Translations under genes and position numbers: made by a program
Shown here: piece by piece, positions 10,808 to 20,058 of the stretch
Layout: every line of letters begins with the position of its first letter
Position numbering within the stretch: position 1 is the first letter of the stretch
Notes under the pieces: model-generated
Databases searched by the model: none
What the model was told of the DNA's origin: nothing
Seen by the model: the letters and a program-made list of their open reading frames with translations, nothing else
Source: Gemmatimonadales bacterium
Lineage (GTDB): Bacteria > Gemmatimonadota > Gemmatimonadetes > Gemmatimonadales > GWC2-71-9
Direction of reading: 5' to 3'
DNA length: 64,000 nucleotides
Assembly: GCA_965249575.1 (NCBI GenBank)
Contig: OZ252244.1
Span: forward strand, 2,624,001 to 2,688,000

Positions 10808-11776
10808 GTGAACATCCGCATCTTGACCGCAAACGACGTTCGATCGGCCATAGACATGAAGGCGGCTATCACCGCCATGAAGGACGCGTTCGGACAGCTG
10901 TCGAGGGGCCTGGCCCGCGTGCCCGTGCGGCTGGGAGTCGAGAGCGACGCGGGCGTAACACTGTTCATGCCGGCGTACCTCGAGAGCACGGGGGATCTTG
11001 GGGCAAAGGTTGCATCGCTGTATATGGGCAATCCCGCCAAGGGCCTGCCGGCAATCAGCGCCGTCGTTCTGGTGATCGATAGCGCAACCGGATCCCTCCG
11101 TGCCCTGTTGGATGGCACGTACTTGACTGCGCTGCGCACTGGTGCCGCTGCCGGCCTGGCGACGGATCTCCTCGCGCGGTCCGATGCTTCAGTCGTAACG
11201 ATCTTCGGTGCGGGTGCCCAAGCCCCCGCACAAATCGAAGCCGTGCGCGCCGTCAGGCCAATTGAAGAGGTGCGAATCGTCTCGCGCACCCGCAAGTCGG
11301 CGGAGCGATTCGCTGAACACCTCAGCGGCGTAAAGGCTCGAGTCTTCGAGGATCGCTCGAAGGCGGTAAGAGGCGCCCACATCATCACGGCCGTGACCAC
11401 GAGCGAAGCACCGGTCTTCGTTGGGAAAGATGTGGAGCCCGGAACGCATATCAACGGGGTCGGATCGTTCACGCCAACGATGCAAGAGGTCGATGCTGAC
11501 ACCGTGCGGAGGTCCCGTATCGTGGTAGACTCCCGAGAGGCCGTGTTGGAAGAGGCCGGTGATCTCATTATTCCCATCAACGACGGCGTCATCCGTGCCG
11601 AGGACCTTGACACGGAGCTGGGAGACATCGTTAACGGGAGGAAGCCGGGTCGCACCGCGGATGATGAAATCACCTTCTTCAAGTCAGTGGGCGTCGCCGT
11701 GCAAGACGTGGTGACGGCGCGGCATGTGATCGACGCCGCTGAATCCCGTGGTCTTGGAGCGAGCGTCGAGATCTGA
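10808..11776 (+). CDS. Ornithine cyclodeaminase / mu-crystallin family protein
   Basis: LTALRTGAA, GAGAQA, HINGVGS, FFKSVGVAVQD; probable GTG start at 10808. Confidence 0.9.
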   Translation: MNIRILTANDVRSAIDMKAAITAMKDAFGQLSRGLARVPVRLGVESDAGVTLFMPAYLESTGDLGAKVASLYMGNPAKGLPAISAVVLVIDSATGSLRALLDGTYLTALRTGAAAGLATDLLARSDASVVTIFGAGAQAPAQIEAVRAVRPIEEVRIVSRTRKSAERFAEHLSGVKARVFEDRSKAVRGAHIITAVTTSEAPVFVGKDVEPGTHINGVGSFTPTMQEVDADTVRRSRIVVDSREAVLEEAGDLIIPINDGVIRAEDLDTELGDIVNGRKPGRTADDEITFFKSVGVAVQDVVTARHVIDAAESRGLGASVEI

Positions 11777-11827
11777 GTCTCCGGTCGAAAACTGAACTTC
11801 CGCACTCTCTAGCCAATCGGCGGATCA

Positions 11828-13261
11828 ATGTCGAAACAACTGCTTCTCCGATCCGCGCCCGCACACGTAATCGCTGTGTCGATTCTTCTACAGCCCAGCT
11901 TGCTCGCTCAGAGTCCAGGTGCCGCGCCCAAGGTAGGCGGCAGTCCCAACGTCCAGGTTCTCTCGCACGTCCCGATTCGCGGGTTCATGCAGGTTGGCGA
12001 CATCGAGCTCGAGCAGGAGATCTCACGGCCGTACGCATACCTGTCGCGGCTGCGGCTCCTGACCGACGAGGCCGGATTCACGGTGATCGGCCTGAAAGAT
12101 CCAAGGGATCCCGAGATGCTGTACTCCTGGCGCATCGAGGACGCCGAGCTGCACGGGTCGGGGTTGGGCGGAACGGACGGGAAGTACTTCAAGTACGGCG
12201 GACGCTACTACTACGTGCAGAGCTTTCAGTTCGGTCAGAGTGGGCCGAACGCTGATCTCGGCGCCGTCGTGTTCGACGTCACGGGGCTTCCGGACACATC
12301 GATGATTCGGGAAGTCGCACGAATGCGCGTGCCGGAGATTCCGAACGGATTCCATAACATATTCATGTACAAGCACTCGAGTGGCCAGCCTCTTCTGTTC
12401 GCCGCGTTTGGGGGCTCCGGCCAATACGCGTATGTCTACGACATGGCGCGAGTGGTGTCAGGTGAGGCCGCGCGTTCCCTCGCCGGGAAGATCCCGGTTC
12501 CGGGCGACCTCCTGACATCGGTATACATACCCGGATACACACGGCCGATCAGGATCAGGGGCTATCACGACATGTACGTAGGCTACGATCCCGCCAGCCG
12601 GCAGGACCGGTTCTATGGAGCGGGATCGGGAGGATATTACGTCTATGACGTGACGAATCCGGAAAACCCGCGGATCCTCACGTCAATCACCGGGGCGGAT
12701 GGCGTCCCGTTTGGCCACACGTTCACGCCGACGCCCGACGGGTGCTACGCCGTTGCCGAGACGGAGTACCAGCACGCGCCGCTGCGGATCTTCGACCTGC
12801 AGCCTGGTCTTGATGGGGAAGTCGAGACCATCACCCGTCCCGTCGGGGCGTGGACAGCTGACTGGCGGGCCCTCGTCCACCAGCAGGAAGTCCGTTGGCC
12901 GTACGTCTTCGTACCGGGATACGAAGACGGCCTCCAGGTCTTCAACATGATGGATCCCACGGCTCCACACACAGTGGGACACTACTACACGTGTGAGTGC
13001 CCACACGAGCGCGGCTGGGCCGGTAATCGGCAGGCCCCCCCTGGTGAAAGCGTCTACAACGGAGCAATGGGGGTCGATATCCGTAACGAGGACGGCCTCA
13101 TTGCGCTGAGCGACTCGGAGACCGGTTTCTGGGCATTTCGACTCGACGGGTTCGACGGTTGGAACGGGCACGACTGGGGAGTGCCAAACATCTCAAGTGC
13201 GCAGGATTGGGAGAACGGGCCCGAGGGAGCCGATGCCGGCGCTCGTGTGAGCGCGAGGTGA
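11828..13261 (+). CDS. Exported LVIVD-repeat beta-propeller protein (paralog 4, most divergent)
   Basis: Same blocks: DIELEQE, GFHNIF, GYHDMY, GHTF, VHQQE, FRLDGFDGWNGHDWGVPNISSAQDWENGP. Confidence 0.85.
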   Translation: MSKQLLLRSAPAHVIAVSILLQPSLLAQSPGAAPKVGGSPNVQVLSHVPIRGFMQVGDIELEQEISRPYAYLSRLRLLTDEAGFTVIGLKDPRDPEMLYSWRIEDAELHGSGLGGTDGKYFKYGGRYYYVQSFQFGQSGPNADLGAVVFDVTGLPDTSMIREVARMRVPEIPNGFHNIFMYKHSSGQPLLFAAFGGSGQYAYVYDMARVVSGEAARSLAGKIPVPGDLLTSVYIPGYTRPIRIRGYHDMYVGYDPASRQDRFYGAGSGGYYVYDVTNPENPRILTSITGADGVPFGHTFTPTPDGCYAVAETEYQHAPLRIFDLQPGLDGEVETITRPVGAWTADWRALVHQQEVRWPYVFVPGYEDGLQVFNMMDPTAPHTVGHYYTCECPHERGWAGNRQAPPGESVYNGAMGVDIRNEDGLIALSDSETGFWAFRLDGFDGWNGHDWGVPNISSAQDWENGPEGADAGARVSAR

Positions 13262-13321
13262 GGGCGAGCAGTGGGCGGCAAAGCGTTCGGGCGTTGAATT
13301 CGTTCTCCGAGCCAGCTTGGT

Positions 13322-13402
13322 CATCCCACTCCTGCGCACTCGAAAACGTTTGGCATCCCCTATCAGTGGCCGTTTCATCCGTCGAAGCCGTCCATCTTGA
13401 AC
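13322..13402 (-). pseudogene. Degenerate orphan LVIVD C-terminal tail
   Basis: Reverse complement reads FKMDGFDG*NGH**GMPNV(+1)SSAQEWD. Confidence 0.8.
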
Positions 13403-13493
13403 CGCCCCCGAGCGCGGCGACTCGTTCGACGCCTCCCGTTAGGAGCCCGAGTCGTGAGGAGCGGACGAAAGTCAGTCGGGATCCGTTGCTGCG

Positions 13494-15353
13494 TCAATAG
13501 CCTTCCCAGAGGCCGTTGCTACCGCGGCCGATGCCGGTCTTCGCGCCAGTAGTTGGGTCGACAGCGACGGCCACCCAGGCACCTCCCTGAGACGCTTGAG
13601 CCGGATCCTCTACCGCCTCGATATCGAGGCCTCTTGCCTTGACGGCTTCCAGCACGGAACGGCTGAACTGACCCGGCCCAATGGGCTGGCGTAGCGGCAT
13701 GTTCGGCGGCCAGTTCCTGCGAAAGTGCGGCGCGGCGGCTGAGCGAGCAACGGTCATGCGGTATTCCAGAACGTTCACGATCGCCTGCAGGCCATACTCG
13801 AACCACGAGGTACCAATGCTGCTGCATCCGAACACCGGCGTGCCGTCCTTTAGGGCGATTGCCGGGCAGCCTTCCGGGTCCACACGGTGGTACCACTTTT
13901 CGCCGGGCTGTAACGCCGCCAGTAGATTCTGAGTAAAGGCACCGGCGTCCACTACCGACACGCCGTCCACGAAGATGCCCACTTCGCCCCAGATCGCGCT
14001 GGAGACGGAGTGGCTCATGGCCGCCATGTTGCCGTTCGCGTCCACCGCGACGACTCCCGCCGTATGTTCTCGTACCCGATCCCGGCTGGTAAAGTCCTTG
14101 ATCAGGTTGGTGACGCTCTCCGCGCCATGAGTCGCGATCGTTCTGGCCTGAGCTTCGAGGTCCTCGAAAGCCGGTTGACGCATTGCCGACCAGATCTGCC
14201 CCGCGTTGGATTTTCCGGTGCGCCCGTCGAGGGTCAAATCGATACCGGGTAGATAGCGCTCGATGAGCTCGGCTGGGACCGGTGCTCCGGCGATGGGCGG
14301 GCCGAGAATCTCGCCCAACCGGGAAATGCGGATGAGTTGATAGAGGGCCTCGGACGAGTCATGATAATCGCCGATGCCTCTCAGGTCCGCTTCCTCCACG
14401 ACGTTCAGGGCTTCGAGAGTGTTAGTCGAGGCATATACGTCGTACTCGCGGAAGCGGGTGTGGCGGGCCGGCGTCCAGATCGCCTGGTAGCGCTCGAGGT
14501 CGGTCATTGTGAGCTTGCCGCCCTCGTTCTGAACCGCGGCAACGAGCTTCTCGCCCCAGTCGCCGGTATACATGTACGCGATACCCTCGCTGGCAACGCA
14601 GCGTAGCGTCCGCGCAAGTTGCGGCTGTCTGAACACCTCTCCCGTGCCGTAGAGCTTCCCATCGCGCTTGGTGAATATCTCGCGGCCGCCGGGCAATCGG
14701 GTGAGCACGTGTTTTCGTTGCTGCATGTACTGCGCGAAGCTTTCTGACAACTCGAAACCGTTCTCGGCGATGTCGATCGCCGGCTCGAGCAGCTGGGCCA
14801 GAGGCAGGAAGCCGAATCGTTCGTGTAACGCGCCGATCCCCGCCATGAATCCGGGGACCAGGACGGCACGGCCGGAGGGCGTACCGTAAGGCGGAATGGT
14901 CAGCGGGTCCTCCTCCTCGAGGACACGGGCATAAGAGGCATCGAGCATGTGCACCTCGCCGCTGGTCGCCTCGAAGTAGAACACCTGCATGTTACCAGCG
15001 AAGCTCGTCGCGCCGCCGGCATGTAACGCAATCTGAGCGAGAGCCGTCGCAATGGCCGCATCAGCGGCACTCCCGCCTGCTTCGAGCGCCTTCCGTCCGG
15101 CGTGCACCGCGACTGGGCCCGACGTTCCCGCTACCATGCCTTGGGTTCCAACACCAGCTACTGGTGTTTCCGGAGTTCGCGCCGCGAGAGACCAATAGTG
15201 TGATTGCTCGGTTTCCGGCCAGGTCGAGGGCGCCAGCCCGATTTCGTCATCTTGGTCGTCGATGGCGGTCTGCGAGCACGCCGCAGTGGCCGACAACAGC
15301 GTTGTCACAGCGGCGAGGATCTCTCGACGACCGAGTCCTCTCGTTCTTCGCAT
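13494..15353 (-). CDS. Gamma-glutamyltransferase (Ntn-hydrolase) family protein, probable Tat lipoprotein
   Basis: GGSAADAAIATA, VLVPG, FRQPQLARTL, EHTAGVVAVDANGN; GRREIL...TAAC signal; ATG 15353 preceded by GGAG. Confidence 0.85.
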   Translation of the reverse strand: MRRTRGLGRREILAAVTTLLSATAACSQTAIDDQDDEIGLAPSTWPETEQSHYWSLAARTPETPVAGVGTQGMVAGTSGPVAVHAGRKALEAGGSAADAAIATALAQIALHAGGATSFAGNMQVFYFEATSGEVHMLDASYARVLEEEDPLTIPPYGTPSGRAVLVPGFMAGIGALHERFGFLPLAQLLEPAIDIAENGFELSESFAQYMQQRKHVLTRLPGGREIFTKRDGKLYGTGEVFRQPQLARTLRCVASEGIAYMYTGDWGEKLVAAVQNEGGKLTMTDLERYQAIWTPARHTRFREYDVYASTNTLEALNVVEEADLRGIGDYHDSSEALYQLIRISRLGEILGPPIAGAPVPAELIERYLPGIDLTLDGRTGKSNAGQIWSAMRQPAFEDLEAQARTIATHGAESVTNLIKDFTSRDRVREHTAGVVAVDANGNMAAMSHSVSSAIWGEVGIFVDGVSVVDAGAFTQNLLAALQPGEKWYHRVDPEGCPAIALKDGTPVFGCSSIGTSWFEYGLQAIVNVLEYRMTVARSAAAPHFRRNWPPNMPLRQPIGPGQFSRSVLEAVKARGLDIEAVEDPAQASQGGAWVAVAVDPTTGAKTGIGRGSNGLWEGY

Positions 15354-15500
15354 GGCTCTCTCCGTTCGGACGCGTCGCCCGAGCTGATCTGCTTGTGAGG
15401 TGAGGATCGTACCCACGGTGCAGCGAGTACCGTCCCTGAGCCCATCCCTATCCTGTGACCTACCTGTCCTCTACAACTGGGGATGGAGCAGCCCCCCGTC

Positions 15501-16280
15501 TCACTGGTGCTTGCCTCCCATGATGGCGCTGATTGTTCCGTTCGATAGGCCGCTCAACCAGCCGCCGTCAACCACGAGCGATGTGCCGGTGACGTATTTG
15601 CTTTCGTCGCTTGCTAGGAAGTGTATGGCCCCGGCGATCTCTTCGGGTTGAGCGATTCGACCGGCGGGCGTAATCACCTTGACTAGTTCGAGCTCGTCAT
15701 CCGCCCCGGCCTGTTGATTGATCGGCGTGTCGACAGTGCCAGGACATACGTCGTTGACGCGGATTTCCCTGGACGCGAGCTCGATCGCCGCAACTCGTGT
15801 GAGGCCCAGCACAGACCACTTGGAGGAGACGTACGCGCCGTATCCGGGGAGGCCGGTCAAGCCCGCGACCGAACTCACGTTGATAATGCTGCCGCCGTGG
15901 GTCATCTGACGTGCACCATATTTCATCCCGTAGAGGACACCCAGTACGTTCACGCGGTAGTGCTGATCCATGGATTCTCGCGACAGATCCAACACTTCCT
16001 TACCGACTTCACCAAAACCAGCGTTGTTCACCACGACGTCGATGCGACCGTGCTGCTTGGCCGAGTGTTTCATAAGGGCCTCGACGTCACCTTCTTCGCC
16101 GACGTCAGTTCGTAGAAAGCTCGCGCCGAAGGAGTCAGCCAGTGCCCGTGAATCGCTACGGTTCGCGATCGTGACCCTTGCGCCTGCTTGGGCGAATCGC
16201 CGAGCTGTTGCGAGACCGATGCCTGAGCCTCCGCCGGTGATGACCGCGACTTTGCCATCCAAAGAGAAGAAGTTGCTCAT
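15501..16280 (-). CDS. Classical short-chain dehydrogenase/reductase
   Basis: TGGGSGIG, NNAG, SS, YVSSK, VDGG. Confidence 0.93.
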   Translation of the reverse strand: MSNFFSLDGKVAVITGGGSGIGLATARRFAQAGARVTIANRSDSRALADSFGASFLRTDVGEEGDVEALMKHSAKQHGRIDVVVNNAGFGEVGKEVLDLSRESMDQHYRVNVLGVLYGMKYGARQMTHGGSIINVSSVAGLTGLPGYGAYVSSKWSVLGLTRVAAIELASREIRVNDVCPGTVDTPINQQAGADDELELVKVITPAGRIAQPEEIAGAIHFLASDESKYVTGTSLVVDGGWLSGLSNGTISAIMGGKHQ

Positions 16281-16512
16281 CGTCGACCCTTTCCCATTGT
16301 TGTCGGACCAGGCTGTTGTTTGGCGTAATGCGAAGAGTCCGTGCTCACAAGTCGGATGCCAACAAGAGGATGGCTAACGCGCCCCCGTGGCTCGGGGGGG
16401 GGCGCCGTTAGAGGTGCGCGGGGAGCGAGGAGGCCTCATCCTCGCGTGACTGTAGAACGCGGGGGCCCGGCCTCCTTACTTCTCACTGGGGAGTCGGGGG
16501 GGAGGGTCCTCC

Positions 16513-19500
16513 TTACTCCCTCGACAATGACCGATAGTACTCCTCGACCATCTCGCGGTATCCCGCTGGCACTTCATCTGAGCCGGACAAGAATAACCGT
16601 TCGCGGTCCGCACCGTCGATTTCACGGCGCAGCGCGTACTCGAACTGTTTCAGTCCGTCGAGTGCGAGGCGTTGAAGCCGCTCGAATTCTAGAGGGTCGT
16701 CGTAGACACGCTGGCTGTCGAGGGCTCGCAGCCGTTGAATGACTTCGTCGATGTCCGCGACCTCGACGCCCTCGCGCCTCAGATCGCGGCGAAGGCCCTC
16801 GATGTCGTTTCGCCGCTCCCGGATCTCGCGTCGGAATTGGCGGATGTCACTCGGCGAGAGCCTCCCCGGAGCGAGGCGCGATCCGTTCCCGCCGGGCGCT
16901 AACGCCCCGCCGTCGTTAACGGCTCCGTCCGCTGCTCCCCGCCCGGATGGGGATTGCTCGCCGGCGCCCCCGTTCCCCCCTTGTGCCTCTGTATTCTCGC
17001 TGCCCTGCTGGCCCTGTCTGCCGGCCTGGTCGTCCTGGCCACGCTGTCCCGCGAGCCGGCGTTCGCGGATTCGCTCCTCCAAGGACTCCAGCCCGCGCAC
17101 CGCCTGCCTCGTCCTCTCGAGCGCGCCGGCCAGGTTATCCTCTGGGTTCTGCCCAACGGCATCCTTGGCGTCGGCGAGTCGTTGTTGCAGTGAATCGATG
17201 TCAGAGGAGATCTGTCCCTCGAACTCGCGGGCGTACTCGGGCGAGCGGCCTGCCACGATCCCCTTCGAGTACCGGATCTTCTCTTTGAGCTTCGTTTGCC
17301 GGATCGAGTTCGCTGCTTCCCTGAGCTTCCGGGACGCTTCCCGCTGTTCGCGGCTGACGTCCCGCGCCATCTGGTCGAGCTGTCCTTCGAGATCGGCTAC
17401 TTGTCCGGCAAGCTGGTCCTTTCGCTCGAGCAATCGGCGCATCTGGTCGGGAGTGTTCTGGCCCACCGGGCGCAGATCCTGCACGTCATCCTCGATCTTG
17501 TCTTGCAGCTCGGCGACACGCCGCGCTTGGCGGATGGCGTCGGTTAGACCGTCTTCAATGCGCTCGGTCTGGTTTTTTTCTAGGAGCCTGCGCGCGTCGG
17601 CGAGCCTATCCAGAGCGGAGATTCCCTCGCCCATCCCGCGCTCTGCGCCGTCTGCTGCCGAGCGCCGCATGGCCTGTGCCGCGTCCTTGAGTCGCCGGGC
17701 GGTGTTCGCGAGCTCGGGGGAGGACCGTTCCCGTGCTAGGCGCTCGAGCCGACGCGCAAGCTCCTCGGTCTCCTCCGCCAACTCCCGCTGAGCGGCTGGG
17801 GTTCCGCCGGGCGCTCCTTCGAGCCTGGCTCGCCGGCGGAGGCGCTCGTTGTGCTGCTCCTGTCGGCGCGCGAGCTCCTTCAGCCGGGCCAACGTCTCGT
17901 CGATCAGATTATTGGTAACCTGGCGCTCACCCCGCTGCACGGTCTCGTACTGATTTCGGAGCTTGTCCAGCTCGAGCTCGAACAGATCGGCCAGGTCCTC
18001 GGCGTTCGAGTCCCACCCCCCGGTGCCGCCCGCGTTTCCCGAACCCACTCGGACTTCGCGGAACACCGCCTCTGCCCGCTGCAGGTGCGCGAGCGCCCGT
18101 TGCTCTGGAGCCAGTGCCTCATCGGGCTTGCGCTCGCTCAGTTTCTGCTCCGCCAGTTCCATCTCGGCCGCGGCCAACGGGAATGACTCGATGATCCTGC
18201 GAAATCCCGAGTCGGTCTCGACAACGCCGCGGTTCTTCATGCGCTGGACGAGGGCGAGCACCTGCTGCCTGATGCCACGTTGCGCCTGGACGAGAGTATT
18301 CAGGTTTTCCTGGTATTCGGTTTCAGGATATGTGTCGCGGTCTCGTACCATCTTGAAGGTCGCCACGATGATTTCGCGCTGTCGCCCGGATAAAGCGCTT
18401 CCGGCCCCTCCTCCGCCCCCCATCTGTCCGCGCTGATCGGCCTGTCGGTACTCCTTGCCGAACGGCCGGACATCGAGGAAGTACATGTCCGTGGACGCCG
18501 TTTGGTCTCTCGTATCCGATGCCCTGGCGAAGTACGCCACGAGATCGCCCGGCTCGAGCTCGAACTCCTCCAAGAAAAATGTGTGGCCGGCCGTAAGGTC
18601 CCTCTGTCGTCCGCGTGCTGCCGAATAGAGCTCCACGGATTGCTCGGCGCCGCCATTTACCGAGTACACCAACGCGAGGGCCTTTACGCCGAAGTCGTCT
18701 TCGACTCGCGCCTCCGCGAACACCTCCTCGATCGAGCTCACGCGCGTGTCACGTCCCGGCTTGGAGAACGACACTGACGGTGGCTGATCCGACAGCACGT
18801 CGATGGCGTACTCAGGTGATGCGGGAACGAGAACGCCCTCCGGGCTCTCCAGCTCGATGTGGTAGAAGCTCGACCGCGCGACACGTAATGCGCCGGAAAG
18901 TACGCTATCCCCCTCTGCTGTGAGGTTGATCGGCTCGGCTCCCTCGATCAGGATGCGCCCGTTGGAAACGGGAATCGTCGGTGTGATCCGCAGCAAGACC
19001 CTGGTCCCCCGCAACGCCGCTATGTCACCACCGTCTTCTTGGCGCTGCGGGCTCAGGCCGGTATACGCGGGAAACCGATACTCGAGGTCGATCCGATCGA
19101 CGTAGGGCAGATCGGCGACGTCGATGCGATGGACAACGGATCGTACGCCGCTTGCCTCCACGAAGTACTCGGTCTGCTCGTCGAGGTCGAGGAGCATGAA
19201 GAGGTGCGATCCGGAGGCATCGTCGAGGTGCATCGGCCACCGCTCCCACTTGCCCGCCTCGCCGGTCTGTGTGACGATTTCGACTTGCTCGGCATCGAAT
19301 CCGAGGAGCGTGGCCGTGATCTGTTGATCTGCTCCCCGGGCGAGCGTGATGCTCCCGGGGGAGACGTCGATCGAGTAGACACTCGCTGCGCGAGCGCTCG
19401 TCCAGGGGAAGACAATGAGCGGCGCCGCGTGTCGTAGGAACGCCGGGCTTGCGATGATCGCCGCCAATCCAGCCGCCATGGCCCCCGCAAAGAGCCCATA

Positions 19501-19980
19501 GGCGTGGTACAGGCCCCGGCGCTCGATGCTCCTTCCGTAGTCAATGGCCACGCACTTCTCGATCGCCCGCTCGATGACTCGGCGGGACAATGGCGACGAG
19601 CCGGACGGCTCGTTGGGACGATCGCCGCGACCCTCGATCTCGACCGCGCTCACGATCTCCCCTTGTAGTTCGGGCTCGTGTTCTTCGATGTAGAGCGCGA
19701 CCCGCTCGTCCGAGACCCGGTGTCGCAACGGCCTCACGAGGTATCGCCACGCTAGGACCGCGAGCGCTGCGTACGTGAGGACGCGAAAGACGATGATTGA
19801 GGCTGGCCCGAATCTGAAGTAGTCCATGCCGTACGCGGACAGCGCGAAGACCGCGATGCCCGTTCCCAGGACCATTGCAAGCCCTTTCAGGACGTTTTTC
19901 AACCGCCAGCGACTACGGACCTCGCGGATCAGGGTCTTGAGGGCGCTATCGGTCAGGGTAGCGCCGAGTCGTAAGGGCAT
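16513..19980 (-). CDS. Large membrane-anchored Ig-like + coiled-coil protein (DUF4175-like)
   Basis: N-terminal TM segments; PAYTGL; DQPPSV...DDFGV; long coiled-coil; C-terminal VPAGYREMVEEYYRSL. Confidence 0.75.
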   Translation of the reverse strand: MPLRLGATLTDSALKTLIREVRSRWRLKNVLKGLAMVLGTGIAVFALSAYGMDYFRFGPASIIVFRVLTYAALAVLAWRYLVRPLRHRVSDERVALYIEEHEPELQGEIVSAVEIEGRGDRPNEPSGSSPLSRRVIERAIEKCVAIDYGRSIERRGLYHAYGLFAGAMAAGLAAIIASPAFLRHAAPLIVFPWTSARAASVYSIDVSPGSITLARGADQQITATLLGFDAEQVEIVTQTGEAGKWERWPMHLDDASGSHLFMLLDLDEQTEYFVEASGVRSVVHRIDVADLPYVDRIDLEYRFPAYTGLSPQRQEDGGDIAALRGTRVLLRITPTIPVSNGRILIEGAEPINLTAEGDSVLSGALRVARSSFYHIELESPEGVLVPASPEYAIDVLSDQPPSVSFSKPGRDTRVSSIEEVFAEARVEDDFGVKALALVYSVNGGAEQSVELYSAARGRQRDLTAGHTFFLEEFELEPGDLVAYFARASDTRDQTASTDMYFLDVRPFGKEYRQADQRGQMGGGGGAGSALSGRQREIIVATFKMVRDRDTYPETEYQENLNTLVQAQRGIRQQVLALVQRMKNRGVVETDSGFRRIIESFPLAAAEMELAEQKLSERKPDEALAPEQRALAHLQRAEAVFREVRVGSGNAGGTGGWDSNAEDLADLFELELDKLRNQYETVQRGERQVTNNLIDETLARLKELARRQEQHNERLRRRARLEGAPGGTPAAQRELAEETEELARRLERLARERSSPELANTARRLKDAAQAMRRSAADGAERGMGEGISALDRLADARRLLEKNQTERIEDGLTDAIRQARRVAELQDKIEDDVQDLRPVGQNTPDQMRRLLERKDQLAGQVADLEGQLDQMARDVSREQREASRKLREAANSIRQTKLKEKIRYSKGIVAGRSPEYAREFEGQISSDIDSLQQRLADAKDAVGQNPEDNLAGALERTRQAVRGLESLEERIRERRLAGQRGQDDQAGRQGQQGSENTEAQGGNGGAGEQSPSGRGAADGAVNDGGALAPGGNGSRLAPGRLSPSDIRQFRREIRERRNDIEGLRRDLRREGVEVADIDEVIQRLRALDSQRVYDDPLEFERLQRLALDGLKQFEYALRREIDGADRERLFLSGSDEVPAGYREMVEEYYRSLSRE

Positions 19981-20058
19981 CGAACCTCCTACCGCAGATT
20001 TCCGCCGCCGCCGCCTAGTGCCAGCGGGCGAGCACGATATGGGCCGCCGCCGGCCGAC

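Noticed and set aside
10414..11805. Long antisense ORFs (also 16739-17791, 29354-30508, 57386-58435, 60221-61774)
   Set aside because: Shadows of well-supported opposite-strand genes in high-GC DNA, with no family motifs.
3799..13402. Orphan tails as DGR template repeats
   Set aside because: No reverse transcriptase in the window; the tail is the most conserved part of the genes; differences are not confined to adenines.
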